A DNA stretch of 64,000 nt from Pristiophorus japonicus (taxonomy: Eukaryota): the NCBI RefSeq assembly GCF_044704955.1, contig NC_091987.1, forward strand, positions 40,920,001-40,984,000. The letters run 5' to 3'. Numbering within the stretch: position 1 is the first letter of the stretch; each line of letters opens with the position of its first letter. The translations under genes were made by a program, and so were the position numbers. Shown in pieces: positions 38,130 to 51,077 of the stretch. The notes below the pieces were generated by a model, which had not been told where the DNA came from, did no database searches, and worked only from the letters and a program-made list of their open reading frames with translations.

Positions 38130-41100
38130 GCTGGGAACTCAACATACAAGGGTATTCAGCATTTAGGAAGGACAGGCAGAAAGGAAAGGAGGCAGGGTGG
38201 CGTTGCTGGTTAAAGAGGAAATTAATGCAATTATAAGGAAGGACATTAGCTTGGATGAGGTGGAATCGGTTTGGGTGGAGCTGCGGAATACCAAAGGGCA
38301 GAAAAAGCGAGTGGTAGTTGTGTACAGGCCACCAAATAGTAGTTGTGAGGCTGGGGACAGCGTCAAACAAGAAATAAGGGATGCGTGCAATAAAGGCACA
38401 GCAGTAATCATGGGTGACTTTAATCTACATATTGATTGGGCTAACCTAACTGGTAGCAATACATTGGAGGAGGATTTCCTGGAGTGTATTAGGGATGGTT
38501 TTCCAGACCAATATGTTGAGGAACCAACCAGAGAGCTGGTCATCCGAGACTGGGTGATGTGTAATGAGAAGGGACTAATTAGCAATCTTGTTGTGCGAGG
38601 CCGCTTGGGGAAGAGTGACCATAATATGTTAGAATTCCTTATTAAGATGGAGAGTGACAAAGTTAATTCAGAAACTAGGGTCCTGAACTTAAGGAAAGGT
38701 AACTTTGATGGCATGAGGCATGAATTGGCTAGATCAGACTAGCAATAGATACTTAAAGGGTTGACGGTGGATAGGCAATGGCAAACCTTGAAAGATCAGA
38801 TGGACGAACTTCAGCAATTGTACATCCCTGTCTGGAGTAAAAATAAAACTGGGAAGGTGGCTCAACCGTGGCTAACAAGGGAAATTAAGGATAGTTTTAA
38901 TTCCAAAGAAGAGTCACACAAATTAGCTAGAAAAAGCAGCAAACCGGAGGACTGGGAGAATTTTAGAATTCAGCAGAGGAGGTCAAAGGGTTTAATTAAG
39001 AGGGGAAAAATAGAGCATGAAAGGAAGCTTGCCGGAAACATAAAAACTGACTGCAAAAGCTTCGAAAGATATGTGAAGCGAAAAAGATTAGTGAAGACAA
39101 ACGTAGGTCCCTAGCAGTCGGATTCGGGTGAATTTATAATGGGGAACAAAGAAATGGCAGACCAATTGAACACATACTTCAGTTCTGTCTTCACAAAGGA
39201 AGACACAAATAACCTTCTGGATGTACTAGGGGACCGAGGGTCTAGTGAGAAGGAGGAATTGAAGGATATCCTTATTAGGCGGGAAATTGTGTTAGGGAAA
39301 TTGACGGGATTGAAGGCCAATAAATCCCCAGGGCCTGATAGTCTACATCGCAGAGTACTTACGGAAGTGGCCCTTGAAAAAGTGGACACATTGGTGATAA
39401 TTTTCCAACAGTCTATTGACTCTGGATCAGTTCCTATGGACTGGAGGGTTGCTAATGTAACACCACTTTTTTAAAAAAGGAGGAAGAGAGAAAATGGGTA
39501 ATTATAGGCCGGTTAGCCTGACATTGGTGGTGGGGAAAATGTTGGAATCAATCATTAAGCATGAAATAGCAACGCATTTGGAGAGCAGTGATAGGATTGG
39601 TCCAAGTCAGCATGGATTTATGAAAGGGAAATAATGCTTGACAAATCTTCTGGAATTTTTTGAGGATGTAACTAGTAGAGTGGACAAGGAAGAACCAGTG
39701 GATGTGCTGTATTTGGACTTTCAAAAGGCTTTTGACAAGGTCCCACACAGGAGATTGGTGTGCAAAATCAAACACAGGAAAAATAAACGATCTCCTAGTA
39801 AAAGATCCTCTCAGAATGAGTGATCACAATATGGTTGAATTTGTAATACAGATTGAGGATGAGAAGTTGTGTCAGAAACGAGCGTACTATGCTTAAACAA
39901 AGGGGACTACAGTGGGATGAGGGCAGAGTTGGTTAAAGTAGACTGGAAACAAGGACTAAACAGTGGCACAATTGAGGAACAGTGGAGGATTTTTAAGGAG
40001 CTCTTTCATAGTGCGCAACAAAAATATATCCCAGTGAAAAAGAAGGGCGGCAAGAGAAGGGATAACCAACCGTGGATAACCAAGGAAATAAAGGAAAGTA
40101 TCAAATCAAAGACCAATGCGTATAAGGTGGCCAAGGTTAGTGGGAAACTAGAGGATTGGGAAAATTTTAAGCAACAGCAAAGAATGACTAAAAAAGCAAT
40201 AAAGAAAGGGAAGATAGATTACGAAGGTAAACTTGCCCAAACATAAAAACAGATAGTAAAAGCTTTTACAGATATATAAAACGGAAAAGAGTGACTAAAG
40301 TAAATGTTGGTCCCTTAGAAGATGAAAAGGGGGATTTAATAATGGGAAATGTGGAAATGGCTGAGACCTTAAACAATTATTTTGCTTCGATCTTCACAGT
40401 GGAAGACACAAAAACAATGCCAAAATTTGCAGGCCACAGGAATGTGGGAAGGGAGGACCTTGAGACAATCACTATCACTAGGGGGGTAGTGCTGGACAGG
40501 CTAATGGCACTGAAGGTAGACAAGTTCCCTGGTCCTGAAGAAATGCATCCCAGGGTATTAAAAGAGATGGCGGAAGTTATAGCAGATGCACTCGTTATAA
40601 TCTACCAAAATTCTCTGGACTCTGGGGAGGTACCAGCGGATTGGAAAGCAGCTAATGTAATGCCTCTGTTTAAAAAAGGGGGCAGGCAAAAGGCAGGTAA
40701 GTATAGGCCGGTTAGTTTAACATCTGTAGTGGGGAAAATGCTTGAAACTATCATTAAGGAAGAAATAGCGGGACATCTAGATAGGAATAGTGCAATCAAG
40801 CAGACGCAGCATGGATTCATGAAGGGGAAATCATGTTTAACTAACTTACTGGAATTCTTTGAGGATATAACGAGCATGGTGGATAGAGGTGTACCGATGG
40901 ATGTGGTGTATTTAGATTTCCAAAAGGCATTCGATAAGGTGCCACACAAAAGGTTACTGCAGAAGATAAAGGTATGCGGAGTCAGTGGAAATGTATTAGC
41001 ATGGATAGAGAATTGGCTGGCGAACAGAAAGCAGAGAGTCGGGATAAATGGGTCCTTTTCCGGTTGGAAATCAGTGGTTAGCGGTGTGCCACAGGGATCA

Positions 41101-43220
41101 GTACTGGGACCACAACTGTTTACAATATACATAGATGACCTAGAAGAGGGGACAGAGTGTAGTGTAACAAAATTTGCAGATGACACTAAGATTAGTGGGA
41201 AAGCGGGTTGTGTAGAGAACTCCGAGAGGCTGCAAGAAGATTTGGATAGGTTAAGCGAATGAGCTAAGGTTTGGCAGATGGAATACAATGTCGGAAAGTG
41301 CGAGGTCATCCACCTTGGGGGAAAAAAACAGTAAAAGGGAATATTATTTGAATGGGGAGAAATTACAACATGCTGTGGTGCAGAGGGACCTGGGGGTCCT
41401 TGTGCATGAATCCCAAAAGGTTAGTTTGCAGGTGCAGCAGGTAATCAGGAAGGCGAATGGAATGTTGGCCTTCATTGCGAGAGGGATGGAGTACAAAAGC
41501 AGGGAGGTCTTGCTGCAACTGTATAAGGTATTGGTAAGGCCGCACCTGGAGTACTACGTGCAGTATCCTTCCGACTTGAGGAAGGATATACTAGCTTTGG
41601 AAGGGGTACAGAGACGATTCACTAGGCTGATTCCAGAAATGAGGGGGTTACCTTGTGATGATAGATTGAGTAGACTGGGTCTTTACTCGTTGGAGTTCAG
41701 AAGGATGAGGGGTGATCTTATAGAAACATTTAAAATCATGAAAGAGATAGACAAGATAGAGGCAGAGAAGTTGTTTCCACTGGTAGGGGAGTCTAGAACT
41801 AGGGGGCACAGCCTCAAAATATGGAGAAGCCAATTTAAAACCGAGTTGAGAAGGAATTTCTTCTCCCAGAGGGTTGTGAATCTGTGGAATTCTCTGCCCA
41901 AGGAAGCAGTTGAGGCTAGCTCATTGAATGTTTTCAAGTCAAAGATAGATAGATTTTTAACCAATAAGGGAATTAAGGGTTCTGGGGAGCGGGCGGGTAA
42001 GTGGAGCTGAGTCCACGATGAGATCAGCCATGATCTTATTGAATGGCGGAGCAGGCTCGAGGGGCTAGATGGCCTACTCCTGTTCCTAATTCTTATGTTC
42101 TTATGTTCTTATGGTATTGGGGGTAATGTACTGATGTGGATAGAGAACTGGCTGGCAGACAGGAAGCAGAGAGTCGGGATTAACAGGTCCTTTTCAGAAT
42201 GGCAGGCAGTGACTAGTGGAGTGCCGCAGGGCTCGGTGCTGGGACCCCAGCTCTTTACAATATATATTAATGATTTAGATGATGGAATTGAGTGTAATAT
42301 CTCCAAGTTTGCAGATGACACTAAACTGGGTGGCGGTGTGAGCTGTGAGGAGGATGCTAAGAGACTGCAGGATGATTTGGACAGGTTAGTTCAGTGGGCA
42401 AATACATGGCAGATGCAGTATAATGTGGATAAACGTGAGGTTATCCACTTTGGGGGCAAAAACACGAAGGCAGAATATTATCTGACTGGCGCAGATTAGG
42501 AAAAGGGGAGATGCAACGAGACCTGGGTGTCATGGTTCATCAGTCATTGAAAGTTGGCATGCAGGTACAGCAGGCGGTGAAGAAGGCAAATGGTATGTTG
42601 GCCTTCATAGCCAGGGGATTTGAGTATAGGAGCAGGGAAGTTTTGCTGCAGTTGTACAGTGCCTTGATGAGGCCCAACCTGGAATATTGTGTTCAGTTTT
42701 GGTCTCCTAATCTGAGGAAAGATGTTCTTGCTATTGAGGGAGTGCAGTGAAGGTTCACCAAACTGATTCCAGGGAAGGCTGGACTGACATATGAGGAGAG
42801 ACTGGATCAACGGGCTTTTATACACTGAAGTTTAGAAGGATGAGAGGGGATCTCGTAGAAACATATAAGATCTGACTGGCTAGATGCGGGAAGAATGTTC
42901 CCGATGTTGGGTAAGTCCAGAACCAGGGGACACAGTCTTAGGATAAGGGGCAGGCCATTTAGGACTGAGATGAGGAGAAACTTCTTCACTCAGAGAGTTG
43001 TGAACCTGTGGAATTCCCTGCCGCAGAGTTGTTGATGCCAGTTCATTGGATATATTCAAGAGGGAGTTAGATATGGCCCTTATGGCTCAAGGGATCAAGG
43101 GGTATGGAGAGAAAGCAGGAAAGGGATACTGAAGGAATGATCAGCCATGATCTTATTCAATGGTGGTGCAGGCTCGAAGGGCTGAATGGCCTACTCCTGC
43201 ACCTATTTTCTATGTTTCTA
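38130..43220 (+). mobile_element. CR1 (subfamily A) nested in the opposite-strand CR1, TSD TGAAAG
   Basis: APE to RT at 38130-39772, resumes at 42111 (ATGGTATTGG) and runs to the tail at 43220. TGAAAG at 38124-38129 and 43221-43226. Confidence 0.9.
39773..42110 (+). mobile_element. CR1 (subfamily B), 5'-truncated, nested in CR1-A; carries the longest intact RT stretch in the window (ORF 40291-41262)
   Basis: Highly similar to 18600-21608. The 323-aa ORF has [27 protein letters not shown] and FADD; (TTCTTATG)n tail. It has an empty TCCTTGTGCATGAA site at 41397-41410. Confidence 0.93.
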
Positions 43221-46022
43221 TGAAAGTCCAAACACACCACATCCTCTGGTTCTCCCTTGTCCACTCTACCAGTTACATTCTCAAAAAATTCTAGAAGTTT
43301 TGTCAAGCATGATTTCCCTTTCATAAATCCATGCTGAATTGGACTGATCCTGTCACTGCTTTCCAAATGCGCTGCTATTACATCTTTAATAATCGATTCC
43401 AATATTTTCTCCGCTACTGATGTCAGGCAAACCGGTCTATAATTACCTGTTTTCTCTCTCCCTCCTTTCTTAAAAAGTGGTGTTACCTTAGCTACCCTCC
43501 AGTCCATAGGAACTGATCCAGAGTTGATAGACTGTTGGAAAATGATCACCAATGCATCCACTATTTCTAGGGCCACTTCCTTAAATACTCTGGGATGCAG
43601 ACTATCAGGCCCCGGGGATTTATCGGCCTTCAAACCCATCAATTTCCTTAACACAATTTCCTGCCTAATAAGGATTTCCTTCAGTTCCTTCTTCTCACTA
43701 GACTCTCGGTCCCATAATATTTCCGGAAGGTTATTTGTGTCTTCCTTTGTGAAGACAGAACCAAAGAATTTGTTCAACTGTTCTGCCATTTCTTTGTTCC
43801 CCATTATACATTCACCTGAATCTGACTGCAAGGGACCTACGTTTGTTTTCACTAATCTTTTTCTCTTCACATACCTATCGAAGCTTTTGCAGTCAGTTTT
43901 CATGTTCCCAGCAAGCTTCCTCTCATACACGATTTTTCCCCTCCTAATTAAACCCTTTGTCCTCCTCTGCTGAATTATAAAATTCTCCCTGTCCTCCGGT
44001 TTGCTGCTTTTTCTGGCCAATTTATTTGCCTGTTCCTTGGATTTAACACGATCCCTAATTTCCTTTGTTAGCCACGGTTGAGCCACCTTCCCCGTTTTAT
44101 TTTTACTCCAGACAGGGATGTACAATTGCTGAAGTTCATCTATGTGATCTTTAAATATTTGCCATTGCCTATCCACCGTCAACCCTTTAAGTATCATTCA
44201 CCAGTCTATTCAAGCCAATTCATGTCTCATACCATCGAAGTTACCTTTCCTTAAGTTCAGGACCCTAGTCTCTAACTTAACACTGTCACTCTCCATCTTG
44301 ATAAAGAATTCCACCATATTATGGTCACTCTTTCCCAAGGGGCCTCACACAACAAGATTGCCAATTAGTCCTTTCTCATTACACATCACCCAGTCTAGGA
44401 TGGATAGCTCTCTATTTGGTTCCTCGACATATTGGTCCAGAAAACCATCCCGAATACACTCCAGGAACTCCTCCTCCACTGCATTGCTACCAGTTTGGCT
44501 CGCCCAATCTATATCTAGATTGAAGTCGCCCATGATAACTGCTGTATCTTTATTGCACACATCCCTAATTTCTTGTTTGATGCTGTCCCCATCCTCATTA
44601 CTACTGTTTGGTTGTCTGTACACAACTCCACTAGCGTTTTTTGCCCTTTGGTATTCCGTAGCTCCACCCATACCGATTCCACATCATCCAAGCTAATGTC
44701 CTTCCTTACTATTGCGTTAATTTCCTCTTTAACCAGCAACACCACCCCACCTCCTTTTCCTTTCTGTCTATCCTTCCTGAATGTTGAATACCCCTGGATG
44801 TTGAGTTCCTATCCTTGGTCACCCTGATGTCTCCTTGTCTCCGTGATGCCAAATATATCATATTTGTTACTTGCTGCCTGCGCAGTTAATTCGTCCACCT
44901 TATGACGAATACTCCTTGCATTGAGGCACAGAGCCTTCAGGCTTGTCTTTTTAACACACTTTGCCCCTTTAGAATGTGGCCCTTTTTTCTTTTTGCCTTG
45001 ATTTTCTCTGCCCTCCACTTTTACTTTTCTTCTTTCTATCTTTTGCTTCTGCCCCCTTTCTACTTCCCTCTGTCTCCCTGCATATGTTCCCATCTCCCTG
45101 CTATATTAGTTTAACCCCACGAGCAAACACTCCCCCTAGGACATTGGTTCCGGTACTGCCCAGGTGCAGACCGTCTGGTTTTTCCGGATCCCACCTCCCC
45201 CAGAACTGGTTCCAATATCCCAGGAAGTTGAATCCCTCTCTTCTGCACCACTCCCCAAACCACGTATTCATCTGAGCTATCCTGCTGTTCCTACACTGAC
45301 TAGCACGTGGCACTGGTAGCAATCCTGAGATTACTATCTTATGAGGTCCTACTTTTTAATTTAGCTCCTCGTTCCCTAAATTTGTCTTGTAGGACCTCAT
45401 CCTATTTTTCACCTATATCGTTGGTACCTATATGCGCCACGACAACTGGCTGTTCACCCTCCTCCTATACGTAAGGCCTTATTTTACCAGCGTAAGAGTA
45501 AAATAAATGTTAAAATACATTTTTTAAATGATTTAAACATTTGCTTACATTTAAAATTAGCTTAGATTATTTTTGTCCTGTTTAAAAATCTTTCAATTTA
45601 TTTTTCAAAAAATAAAATGTTATTTTACATGTTTAATTAAAGGGTGTTTTGTTTAATTTTAAATCTTTGATCATTTAATTTTATTTAGGTGGTGTGATAT
45701 TTTATTTATCAGGTGATTTTTATTATGCTTATGGGCATTCCGTACGTAAATGGAATCCTCATAAGCATAATAGGAATCCTCCTTTGTCATTGGTTGGCCT
45801 GGCCCACATGATCACAGCTATGCTTGTGAACCATGTGCATCCCTGGGATCTGTGAGCCTTTACGCAGTCGTACACCTGCTGGCCCAGGACAGTAAGAGTC
45901 CGAAGCTCTGGAGACACAGGTAAGTACGGAGTTTTCTTGTTGTTCGGAGGCGTACGCGGGCAGCAAGCCTCTGACTGCAATTTCCAAGCCATTTCTAAGG
46001 CCATTGTTATAATCAGGGCAGT

Positions 46023-46806
46023 TCACACCACACAAGTGCCAGGTAATGACCATCTCCAACAAAAGAGAGTCTAGCCACCTCCCCTTGACATTCAACAGGA
46101 TTGCCATCATCGAATTCTCCACCATCAACATCTTGGGGGGGTTGCAATTGACCAGAAACTTAACTGAACCAGCTACATAAATACTGTGGCTACAAGAGTA
46201 AGTCAGATGCTGGGTATTCTGTGGTGAGTGACTCACCTCCTGACTCCCCAAAGCCTTTCCACCATTTACAAAGCACAAGTCAGGAGTGTGGTGAAATACT
46301 CTCCACTTGCCTGGATGAATGCAGCTCCAGTAATACTCAAGAAGCTCGACACCATCCAGGACAAAGCAGCCCGTCTGATTAGCACTCCACTCACCACCTT
46401 AAACATTAACTCCCTCTGCCACCGGTGCATTATGGTTGCAGTGTCTACTATTTACAAGATGCACTGCAGCAACTCGCCAAGGCTTCTTCGACAGCACCTC
46501 CCAAACCCGCAACCTCTACCAAGTGGAAGGACAAGGGCAGCAGGCGCACGGGGACACAATCACCTGCAAGTTCCCCTCCAAGCCACACACCATCCTGACT
46601 TGGAAATATATCTCTGTTCCTCAACGTCACTGGGTCAAAATCCTGGAACTCCCTCCCTAACAGCACTGTGGGAGTACCTTCACCACACGGACTGCAGCGG
46701 TTCAAGAAGGTGGCTCACCACCACCTTCTCGTGGGTAATTAGGGATGGGCAATAACTGCTGGCCTTGCCAGCGAAGCCAACATTCAATCAATGAATGAAA
46801 AAAAAA
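46023..46806 (+). mobile_element. Non-LTR retrotransposon 3' fragment (CR1/Jockey-group lineage distinct from the other CR1s)
   Basis: HLLTPQSLSTIYKAQVRSVVKYSPLAW, with a 3' end GGGCAATAACTGCTGGCCTTGCCAGC...ATGAATGAAAAAA. Homologous to 61630-62414. Confidence 0.8.
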
Positions 46807-47540
46807 GTTCTCCTGAGATTTCATTAAAAACTGCGAATGTAATGTGTAATGTGTATATTTTTTGCGTGATGTGAAAATATTGTTACTTAATAGTTGTATG
46901 TGATTTTTTTTGAGGGGTGTTTTGTGTAATGCAAATGATTACAACAGTCTTCACTTCACCGTTGGGTTATAAAACCCCTGATACAATAACATATTTGATT
47001 TTTTTTAAAGTAATTACAATCTGCTCTATCTAAATGTAATTCAGAAGATTTTTGTCTTCATGGACTGTTTAATTGTGCGTCACGGAAACATAGGAGCCAC
47101 CTATAAAGGTGTTTTCTTTTTCTGCTCAAAGTCAAACCTTGTTCCCCACCATCACTTTCTCGGGGCCCACATCCCAAGAAAAAATAAAATGAAATGGACA
47201 CAGAGAGAGCCTGGGGACCTGGCATGCTCAAACAGGCTTCATGGTTTGGATTGCTGTTAAAGTGTTCTTTTTTAAGCTTATAAATATATTTTGCCTGAGG
47301 CATTACTTGGTTTTCCCACTTCAACTGCCATTTTTGCATTTTATTTATTCTTCCCCAAAACTGTCCTGACTATTTATGGTTCTTTATGTTAAGTAAAACC
47401 ATACAAAGTGGTGAGGATGGACTGGTTCCCATAATGCTATGTGATTTTGGATAAGGAAGACAAGTTCAGGGGGAGTGACACCTAGACATTTTGTCGGCAT
47501 CTGTCTCTATCCTGGGACCTGTGTTTATAGACTCATTGAC

Positions 47541-48200
47541 ATGTACTTGGATATATCAGAGGAGACTTGTCTGCCTGCCTCCACTTCACAAGACAGGCTG
47601 TCACAGAGTTGGACCATCTGTTGCACGATGACCTACAGGTAACAACTGGAAAATGGCTCTTTCTGTAGAAGTGAAGGTTATCACAGCAGGTAGCTCTTCT
47701 GCCACCAGATTCTTGCAAGCAATTGCAGGGTACATCTGCCACATCAGGCAGTTTGCAGTACACACAAGAATCCAGCAAATGAGAAATGCTACATTAGTAA
47801 GGGGCAACACCTTCACTACTTTCTCAGTGGAAAGTAGATATGAACTGGATGGAGCTCAGAGATTTCACTGAGTGTCAGAGTTCTCTCAAACGCAAGGCAA
47901 TTAAGTTGCATCTATATAGGCACCTACCCCTTAGCCTACATAAACAAAAAAGGTTTGCACTCAAAGTAGTGTTCATGTAGCATCTGACCACAGGAACATC
48001 ATTATGTAAGATTTTTGGCCAGTATCCAGGAGGCAGTGGTGATGCCTTCATTATGCATGAATCCATGGCGCTCAGTTGCTTTGAAGAAAAATAAACACTA
48101 GGAGGGATGGTTCTTCGGAGGCCAGGGCATTCATCTGCATCCATGGCTAACTAACCCACAGCAAAGTGCTGTAACAGAAGAAGAGGAGTGCTTTGAACTG
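47541..48200 (+). mobile_element. PIF/Harbinger (HARBI1-like) transposase pseudogene
   Basis: Frameshifted remnants YLDISEETCL, LHFTRQAVTELDHLLHDDLQ, ALSVEVKVITA..SATRFLQAIAGYICHIRQFAVH, QYPGGSGDAFIMHES and GWFFGGQGIHLHPWLTNP follow the order of HARBI1-family DDE motifs. Confidence 0.75.
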
Positions 48201-48233
48201 TTTCTCAGATGTGAACTCCAACTAAAAGAAAAG

Positions 48234-48497
48234 TGTAAAGTCCTGACCCTGCAGTACAGACTTACACGACATGCTGAAGTCAAGGTCACTCAGGACCTGC
48301 ACCTTTATTTCACAGCTCTCGAATGCCTCACTTGCCTGAGACCTGCCATTACATACCTGTGTGGAACAAGTATGCAGTATCTCCTGCAAGTGCACCCCTG
48401 GTGGTAAGGTATGCTTGTGGTTACAGGTCATATCTAGTTACAGTCATGTATAGCATGGTAAGATACAGTTATGTACAGTAGTGTGAGATACATGACA
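48234..48497 (-). repeat. 3' LTR of the Gypsy element
   Basis: TGT...ACA, 264 bp. By eye it differs from the other LTR by about 13 substitutions plus a 4-bp indel; it has a minus-strand AATAAA. Confidence 0.93.
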
Positions 48498-48599
48498 TCA
48501 CCTTCCCCCAAGGTCTTATTGTCTTTATAGATTCAGTCTCTCAGGTGGTCGACACTCTCGCGCGGAGCATCTTAGTTGTGGTTCAGTTGTTTGCCTTGG

Positions 48600-50420
48600 T
48601 GCCTGTTTTTCTTTCGGTGTGATTGTTGGTATCTCGCCTGGGCTGTCTGTTGAGATTGCCCTTTCCTCAGGTTGTTACCTCTGTCTGTCTACCAGCTATG
48701 GTGTGAGTTCCACATTGTAGTCTGCCTCTGGTTCTGCAGTGTTGTTGGTGAATCTACTTTTTACTTGGTCGACATGCCTCTGGCAGGTTTGGCCATTGTC
48801 CATTTGTACCACCAGTAGCCTGTTTCCTTCCTTGCCTCTTACTGTATCTGCAAGCCATTTGGGACTCCTGCCATAGTTTAGCACAAACACTTCCACCTCC
48901 CCCTCGAATTTCGGTCATGGTACTCAGTTAGCTTCCAGCGCTTTGCCTCAACAATTTCATACATGTCTCGGAGGATTGACAAGAGCCTAGTCTTTAAGGT
49001 GCGTGTCACCAATAGTTGCGCGGGGGAAACCCCAGTCAACGAATGCGGACGAGATCTATATGCCAGCAGCAGTCGCGACAGGCGGCTCTGCAGCGTGGGA
49101 CCTTGGATTTTAAGCATGCCTTGTTTAATGATTTGCACTGCTCACTCCGCCTGGCCATTGGAGGCCGGCTTGAACGGTGCCGTCTTAACGTAATTTATGC
49201 CGTGGGCAACTATAAAATCTTGGAATTTTACGCTGGTGAAGCACGGACCATTATCACTGACCAATATGTCAGGAATCCCGTGCGTTGCATACATGGTTCT
49301 AAGGCTCTCCACAGTGGTGGAGGTGGTGCTCGAGTTTAAAATGGTGCATTCGATCCACTTTGAAAATTAATCGACAACTACGAGGAATATTTTGTCCATG
49401 AATGGGCCCGCATAGTCTACGTGCACCCGTGACCACAGTTTGGTGGGCCAGGGCCAGGGGCTCAGGGGGGCCTCGCTGGGGCCATTACTGAGTTGGGCAC
49501 AAATGGTGCACCATCGGACGCAGAGCTCCAAGTCCGCGTCAATGTCAGGCCACCAAATGTGGGATCTGGCTATGGCCTTCATGAGAACGATCCCCGGGTG
49601 CTGGCGGTGGAGCTCCCGGATAAACGCCTCTCTGCCTCGCAAACACATGACTACTCGGCTGCCCCACATCAGGCAGTCTGCCTGTAGTGATAGTTCATGC
49701 ACGCGCCTATGGAAAGGTTTGATCTCCTCGGGGCAGGCATCGTGAGTCTCAGCCCAGTCACCAGTTAAAACACATCTTTTGACTAAGGATAACGTGGGGT
49801 GGCTGGTCATCCAGGCTCTGATTTGGCGAGCCATCATGGGCGAACCTGTGGACTCAAAGGCATTGATTGCCATGACCATCTCACAGTCCTGTTCGTCGGA
49901 CCCTTCCGTGGTTGCCAGGGGTAGCCTGCTAAGCGCGTCGGCACAGTTGTCTGTGCCTGGTCTGTGCCTTAAGATGCCAGCATGAGTGCCCACCGTTGAA
50001 TGCACACCGAGGCATTGGCGTTTATTGCCTTGCTCTCGGATAGCAGGGACGTGAGGGGTTTGTGGTCGGTTTCTAACGTGAACTTGGCCCCGAAAAGGTA
50101 TTCGTGCATCTTTTTGACACCGTACACGCACGCGAGCGCCTCCTTCTCCACCATACCGTACCCGCGCTCCGCCCGCGAAAGTGACCTGGAGACATAAGCA
50201 ATGGGTTGTAATTTACCCGCACCATTGACATGCTGTAAAATCCACCCGACCCTGTACGCTGATGCATCACACGTAAGAACTAGCTTTTTACCTGGGTCAA
50301 AAAAAGTCAAAACACTGTTGGAACATAGAAGGTTGCGTGCCTTATTGAAGGCGCGTTCTTCGGCGTCCTCCCAAAATCAATCGCACCCCTTTCTGAGTAG
50401 CACGTTGAGAGGCTCCAGCA
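48600..50420 (-). pseudogene. Gypsy pol remnant (RNase H, integrase zinc finger and DDE core, C-terminal domain), frameshifted
   Basis: LVLTCDASAYRVG, EKEALACVYGVK, ETDHKPL, ADALSRLP, H..HPGI...C..C, RVHVDYAGPF and RHVDQVK. Confidence 0.9.
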
Positions 50421-50429
50421 GCGTGCTCA

Positions 50430-50626
50430 AACATAGAAACATAGACATAGAAACATAGAAAATAGGTGCAGGAGTAGGCCATTCGGCCCTTCTAGCCTGC
50501 ACCGCCATTCAATGAGTTCATGGCTGAACATACAACTTCAGTACCCCATTCCTGCTTTCTCACCATACCCCTTGATTCCCCTAGTAGTAAGGACTTCATC
50601 TAAATCCTTTTTGAATATATTTAGTG
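50430..50626 (-). mobile_element. CR1 3' tail inserted into the Gypsy element at the deletion junction
   Basis: ACATAGAAACATAGACATAGAAACATAGAAAATAGGTGCAGGAGTAGG..., the CR1 terminus. Confidence 0.88.
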
Positions 50627-50667
50627 GCCTATTCCTTCAATAAAAAAGTCTCTCCATACTTGTCTCC

Positions 50668-51042
50668 TTAGTTCATCGGAGAACTCACATAAACTAGCCA
50701 GCCTCCGAAGTTCCGCCACAAAGTCGGGTACGCTCTGGCCCACACAGTGTAGTTGTAGAACCTGTGTCTGGCCATATGTAGGCTGCTCGCTGGCTTCAGG
50801 TGGTCTCTCACCAGTGTGCTCAACTCTTCAAGCGACTTGCTTGCTGGTTTCTCGGGTGCCAGCAGGTCCTTCATTAAGGCGTATGTTTTCGAGCCACAGC
50901 TGGTCAAGAGATGGGGTCTTCTCTTTTCTGCCTTATCGTCGCCTAACCAGTCTTTGGTTACAAAGCTTTGCTGGAGCCTTTCTATAAAGTCCTCCCAATT
51001 ATCTCCAGCATTGTATTTCTCATCTGAGCCGTTGGTAGCCAT
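50668..51042 (-). pseudogene. Gypsy gag N-terminal remnant
   Basis: NWEDFIERLQQSF...LLTSCGSKTYALMKDLLAPEKP...ARHRFY, typical of Mag/K02A2.6-like gag, starting just downstream of the PBS. Confidence 0.85.
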
Positions 51043-51077
51043 TCTGTGGATTCTGTGATCCTGTAACTCGTCGCCAC

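Larger units (their letters stand above)
37185..45465 (-). mobile_element. CR1 (subfamily A) from late ORF1 to 3' tail, host of two nested CR1s
   Basis: Tail at about 37186, RT pieces at 37802-38129, then resumes at 43221 with ORF 43157-44197. APE KALCLNARSIRHK at 44809-45093; ORF1 esterase end DGLHLG at 45101-45322. Confidence 0.9.
36961..45991. mobile_element. Non-autonomous DNA-element remnant in two pieces (about 36961-37184 and 45466-45991), separated by the CR1 stack
   Basis: Both pieces are CpG-rich with internal hairpins. The right end CAATTTCCAAGCC resembles the CAATTTCGGGCC terminus of the 53.5-kb MITE. Joining the two pieces into one element is inference. Confidence 0.35.

Noticed and set aside
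40602-41309. Long antisense ORF (235 aa) and similar ORFs at 19766, 33162, 38163, 43524 and 56675
   Set aside because: These are antisense shadows of CR1 ORF2 that recur in every copy, with no independent protein features.
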